This document shows, piece after piece, positions 38,983 through 40,133 of a DNA stretch of 40,133 bases. The stretch is from assembly GCA_045863395.1 (NCBI GenBank), contig BTVJ01000066.1, forward strand, positions 1-40,133, in the 5' to 3' direction. The position numbers and the translations under genes are program-made. Every line of letters starts with the position of its first letter. Position 1 is the stretch's first letter. The notes under the pieces were generated by a model. It was given only the letters and a program-made list of their open reading frames with translations. It did not search any database and was not told where the DNA came from. The stretch comes from Myxococcales bacterium (GTDB taxonomy: Bacteria > Myxococcota_A > UBA9042 > JABWCM01 > BTVJ01).

Positions 38983-40051
38983 TCACTGCTCACAGCGCAC
39001 CATGAGCGCGTCGATCTGGCGCTGCTGCTGCTTGATCGCCTCGACGAGCACCGGCACGAGGCGGGCGGCGTCGACCCCGCTCACCGCCCCGTTCGCATCG
39101 ACGGTCACCGCCTCGGGGAGCGCCTCCGCCAGAGACTCGGGGGCGAGCGCCACGCCGCTGGCGAATCGCGAGCCCGTGAGCCTCTGGAGCATCCCGACCG
39201 CGTCGCCCAGTGGCGCGCCCACCTCCGGCGTCGCTGTGGAGTAGAAGCCCGCCGCGTGCACCTCGCCGTCGAGGCGCAGCCCGTCGACGTCACCGGCGTA
39301 CCACTGGGGGCTGACGAAGGTGGTGACTGCTCCGACCCCCTCTCGGTCATACGGGCGCATGGCGAAGCCGACGACCCGGCCGGCGCGGGTGGCGCGCATG
39401 GCCACTCCGGGCAGCGGGGACGCGGTGAGCGCGTCGCCGGGGCGAATCGGGCCATTGAGGGTCGTCACCTTGACGGGGACTCGGCCTGCCAGCGCCACCA
39501 GAACGTCTCGCTCGGCGCGGTGGGGGCGGCCCATCTGGAGGGAAGGATAGGTGGACACCACGCCGAGGACCGCTGGGTCGTAGTCTCCGCCGGCCGCCTT
39601 GCGGACGAGCCCCGCGCCGGTGAGATCGTGCGCCAGCAGGTCGCCAGCCTCCACCCGCCCCACGTCGGCCGAGGGCATCCACTCGGCGAGGTCGGCTGGG
39701 ACATAGGTGTCCACATCGACGAGGCCCGCGGTGCCGGAGACGCCCGCCTGGCCTCCCCCGCCACCGCCGCCCCAGTAGTTGGCGGAGACGGTGCCCCCGG
39801 CCCCACCTCCGCCACCGTTGACGGTGGCGCTGCCGTTGCTTGCGTTGTTGGCGGGGCTGCCCCAGCCGTTGAAGCCCGCCTGGTTGGCGCCCGCTGCCGT
39901 CTGGGTGCGGACGCTGCCGCCACCGCCGTTGACCTGGCCGCCGGCGCCCCACTCCTGACCGCCGGTCCAGCCATTGAAGCCTGCGACGCCGCCGTTGCCA
40001 CCGCTGCTGGTGTTGGCCGCGAGAGAGCAGGCGCAGGCGCCCGTTCGGCTG
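38983..40051 (-). CDS. C-terminal part of a Gly-rich fibre-like protein with intramolecular-chaperone-type domains (5'-truncated)
   Basis: The frame stays open upstream of the track's 39714 start, reading G/N/W-rich sequence up to the poly-C. It continues into ADLAEW...GVVST.P...VALAGRVPVKV...GPIRPGD and ends LPEAV...VDAARLVPVLVEAIKQQQRQI. Confidence 0.75.

Positions 40052-40133
<82 letters not shown>

Overview
High-GC bacterial chromosomal window. The Cys/Asp-rich lipoproteins and gene repertoire suggest Myxococcota or a related deltaproteobacterial lineage (inference). Left to right: a partial Cys-rich MopE-type repeat lipoprotein; BI-1/YccA plus an M50 protease; a GMC oxidoreductase pair; an M28 peptidase; three tandem AIM24/TIGR00266 paralogs coupled to an M48 peptidase; a folD-gcvT-gcvH-gcvPA operon with no gcvPB; a TonB-family gene plus a gluzincin peptidase; tRNA-Sec (selC); RluA and ChaN-like genes; an orphan HExxH peptide-modification-type protein; FmdB, CDP-alcohol phosphatidyltransferase, MATE and nadE. 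An AT-rich intergenic 28-mer at 23821-23848 matches the XerCD dif site, which suggests the window spans the replication terminus. Beyond it lie two Hsp20 genes, an ~2770-aa lipoprotein with 25 tandem 70-aa six-cysteine repeats, MFS, esterase, adk, an SGNH+MBOAT acyltransferase pair and a truncated Gly-rich fibre-like gene that runs into a poly-C end (probably an artefact). No integrase, transposase or CRISPR array was seen. All calls come from reading motifs by eye; no database searches were run.
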